A DNA stretch of 64,000 bases. Source: the human T2T-CHM13v2.0 reference genome, Homo sapiens. Position numbers and translations under genes: made by a program. This document shows positions 61,659 to 64,000 of the stretch, piece after piece. The first letter of the stretch is position 1. Every line of letters starts with the position of its first letter. The stretch is from NCBI RefSeq assembly GCF_009914755.1, contig NC_060941.1. One strand, 5' to 3'. The notes below the pieces were generated by a model that was given only the letters and a program-made list of their open reading frames with translations, did not search any database and was not told the origin of the DNA.

Positions 61659-61965
61659 GGCCGGGCGTGGTGGCTCACGCCTTTAATCCCAGCACTTTGG
61701 AAGGCCGAGGCGGGTGGATCACAAGGTGAGGAGTTCGAGACCAGCCTGGCCAACATGGTGAAACCCCGTCTCTACTAAAATACAAAAAATTAGGCAGGCG
61801 TGGTGCCACACACCTGTAGTCCCAGCTACTCAGAAGGCTGAGGCAGGGGAATCACTTGAACCCAGTAGGCGGAGGTTGCAGTGAGCCAAGATCACGCCAT
61901 TGCACTCCAGCCTGGGGGACAGAGTGAGACTCCATCTCAAAAAAAAAAAAAAGAAGAAGAAGAAG
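61659..61965 (+). mobile_element. Alu (AluS-like) with (GAA)n tail
   Basis: TSD aagaaaattgcatgagt on both sides. Confidence 0.9.
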
Positions 61966-62519
61966 AAGAAAATTGCATGAGTAATCAAAAATCTTCCCAC
62001 AAAAACTCTTCAAGACAAATAATCAGACTTTTCCAAAATAATTATCAAGGTGAAAAACAATGAGAGGAAGAAAGAACCTACAAATTAACAAATTAACAGA
62101 GACTAAAAGAGATATCACCTAAGTGCACTATACAGACTGTGCGTAGATCTTAATCCAAACAAAACTGAAAAAAATCTGAGACAACTGTTAGACAAATTAG
62201 ACTATAAACTGGAAATGTGATAGTATTAATGAGTTATTCATTTTTAAGGTGTTATAATGTTTTGTGGATATATTAGGTAAAAGCAGGGGGTTTATGTTTT
62301 ATGGATTATATGATATTTACAGGTGGTATATGATGTCTGGATTTGCTTCAAAATAATCCTAGGTGGGAGGGGGAAAGAGGGAAGGGTATGCTTCATATGT
62401 TAGAAATTGATAAAGATAGCTAACAGTTATGTGGAAATTCCCTATTCTGTTCTCTCTATATATGTTCACAGTTTTCTATAATACAAAGTTTTAAAAGAGT
62501 AAATCCAAAATCAACATGG

Positions 62520-62895
62520 TACTCCATAATCTGGTCCCTTTTGCCTCACCTCCTCTCCCTGTGCTCCAGGCACACTGTAACAACCTAGTCACACTTCTGC
62601 CTCAGGACCCTTTCAGAGGTCATTCCTTCTGCTTAGAACCCTCTTATTCCAGATGTGCACATGGCTAGCTCCCTTGTTTCTTCAGAGACCTCTTAGCTCT
62701 CCAGGTTCTTATCAGAGTAGTCTTCCCTGTCCACTATAAAATCACACACATGATTTTTTTTCTATTTCAATTAGAAACATAAACTTCTTGGGGAAAGAAA
62801 TTCTGTTCTGTTTACTCTCATTCCCATTACCTAGAGCAGTGACTTAATATATGGTGAATGAATATATTTATGTTGAATAAAAGTAAGTAATGAAT
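62520..62895. mobile_element. L2 3'-end fragment
   Basis: ctgcctcaggaccctt...ttccagatgtgcacatggctagctccc...cctagagcagtgact. Confidence 0.6.
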
Positions 62896-62959
62896 TTAAT
62901 AAAAGAATATCTTTAAAAAATTCTAGAACCCATATGTTGTCAAAGCTTATGTAATTTAC

Positions 62960-63063
62960 TTTGTATCTGTTCCTAATTTATGCTTCATCTCCATTATTTC
63001 TACCATGAAGAGATCAATAGGGTAACCTGGTCTTCTAACAGCCAAAACAGAATCCACCACAAC
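62960..63063 (-). CDS. CCT6B: CCT6B exon 5 (104 nt): [34 protein letters not shown](K)
   Basis: Acceptor ctttcag|GTT, donor AA|gtaaat; open frame. Confidence 0.96.
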
Positions 63064-63239
63064 CTGAAAGAGAAATGAATGAGAACAGTTAAGTTATTTG
63101 GACTACTAAAATAAACCAAGGGCCCAAACAATCTATCACCAGACTAAGGAGATAAAAGCCTTCAGGATTCAAAACCTAGGGCAAGACCAATATGTGCCAC
63201 TTTACTATGGATGCTAACAATAGCCAATGCCAACAGACA

Positions 63240-63420
63240 CTTTAGAGTCTAAAGAAACTTCAGAGATCATTAGGTCCAAACCTTTTATTTTACAGATAAG
63301 GCAACTGAGATAAGACCTTAAGAAGTCACAGTTTTTAAATAAGATCTAACAGCTAGTAACAGGGCCGGGACTAGAATTCAGGGCTCCCTAACTGCCCAGC
63401 GACTACTCTTTCTATCATAC
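63240..63420. mobile_element. MIR
   Basis: ttttattttacagataaggcaactgag...gggactagaattcagggctcc. Confidence 0.65.
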
Positions 63421-64000
63421 CAAGACTATCCAAACTTTTCCACCAAAGGACACCTTAATGGAAAAGAAGGAAAGGTAATCTAAGGTAATAGCTCCAATTT
63501 GCTGGCTGTAATAACAGGAAACGTTAAAGTCTCATGTTTTATCGTGAAAAGTTTCCATGTCATCCCATAATATGTTTATCTCAATGTAAAAATAATGTTT
63601 TCCCCCAAAATTGTAAAGTAAAATTGACACTCCAGAAAGATACGTCTCATTTATTCTGTCACATATGACCAGGGATATACAATTTAAGAAGCATAGCACA
63701 ACACGTCTTATTGCTTAGCTCAGAAAATGATATAAAAATAATAAATAACTGCAGAAATTAAGGGCTAAGTTATAACTACCCTAAAATATACATAAAGCAG
63801 AAAAAACTGTATCTTAGAAAACTTTGCCTGAGGTGACATAATATTTTATTTTAGAGGCAAATAAGAAATAGGACAAAGGCCATTGGATAGTGAGAATATC
63901 ACTGTTTCTGTAACTCTAAAACAGAATGGGTGCCCTAGCAGCATGAAGATTTGGGGCCATTCAAGTACTCTAACAGCAGAAAACACAGCAGAGCCTTTCT

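Overview
Primate (human-like) genomic DNA, dense in Alu, L1, MIR, L2 and LTR repeats and containing one SVA. The only protein-coding gene I can support is the 3' part of CCT6B (testis-enriched TRiC/CCT zeta-2 subunit; human 17q12) on the minus strand. Ten coding exons (numbered 5-14 by homology to the 14-exon CCT6 structure) run from 63063 down to the stop at 39044. All have GT-AG boundaries and consistent phases, and tandem AATAAA signals follow at 38941 and 38872. Exons 1-4 lie beyond the right edge. The left ~38 kb is intergenic: a GC-richer, MIR-rich zone (1 to ~25 kb) and then an AT-rich L1/Alu zone. Several insertions keep their target-site duplications (TSDs): an MLT2 solo LTR, a MER41A-type solo LTR, a 5'-truncated SVA, a full-length THE1A-type element and an AluY. 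The short ORFs outside CCT6B are repeat-derived or spurious. I cannot confidently claim a new biological system. The best leads are: (1) a locus-specific fold-back hairpin (29/30-bp stem) inside a Charlie1a-like fossil in intron 7; (2) an unidentified ~1.1 kb insert splitting a MIR; (3) a symmetric exon 11-12 module flanked by inverted Alus, whose circle would have a stop-free ORF; (4) a possible decayed SNORA15 paralogue in intron 10; (5) DUX4-type sites in THE1A LTRs pointing antisense towards CCT6B. Repeat family names come from recalled consensus sequences, and repeat boundaries are approximate unless a TSD is quoted.
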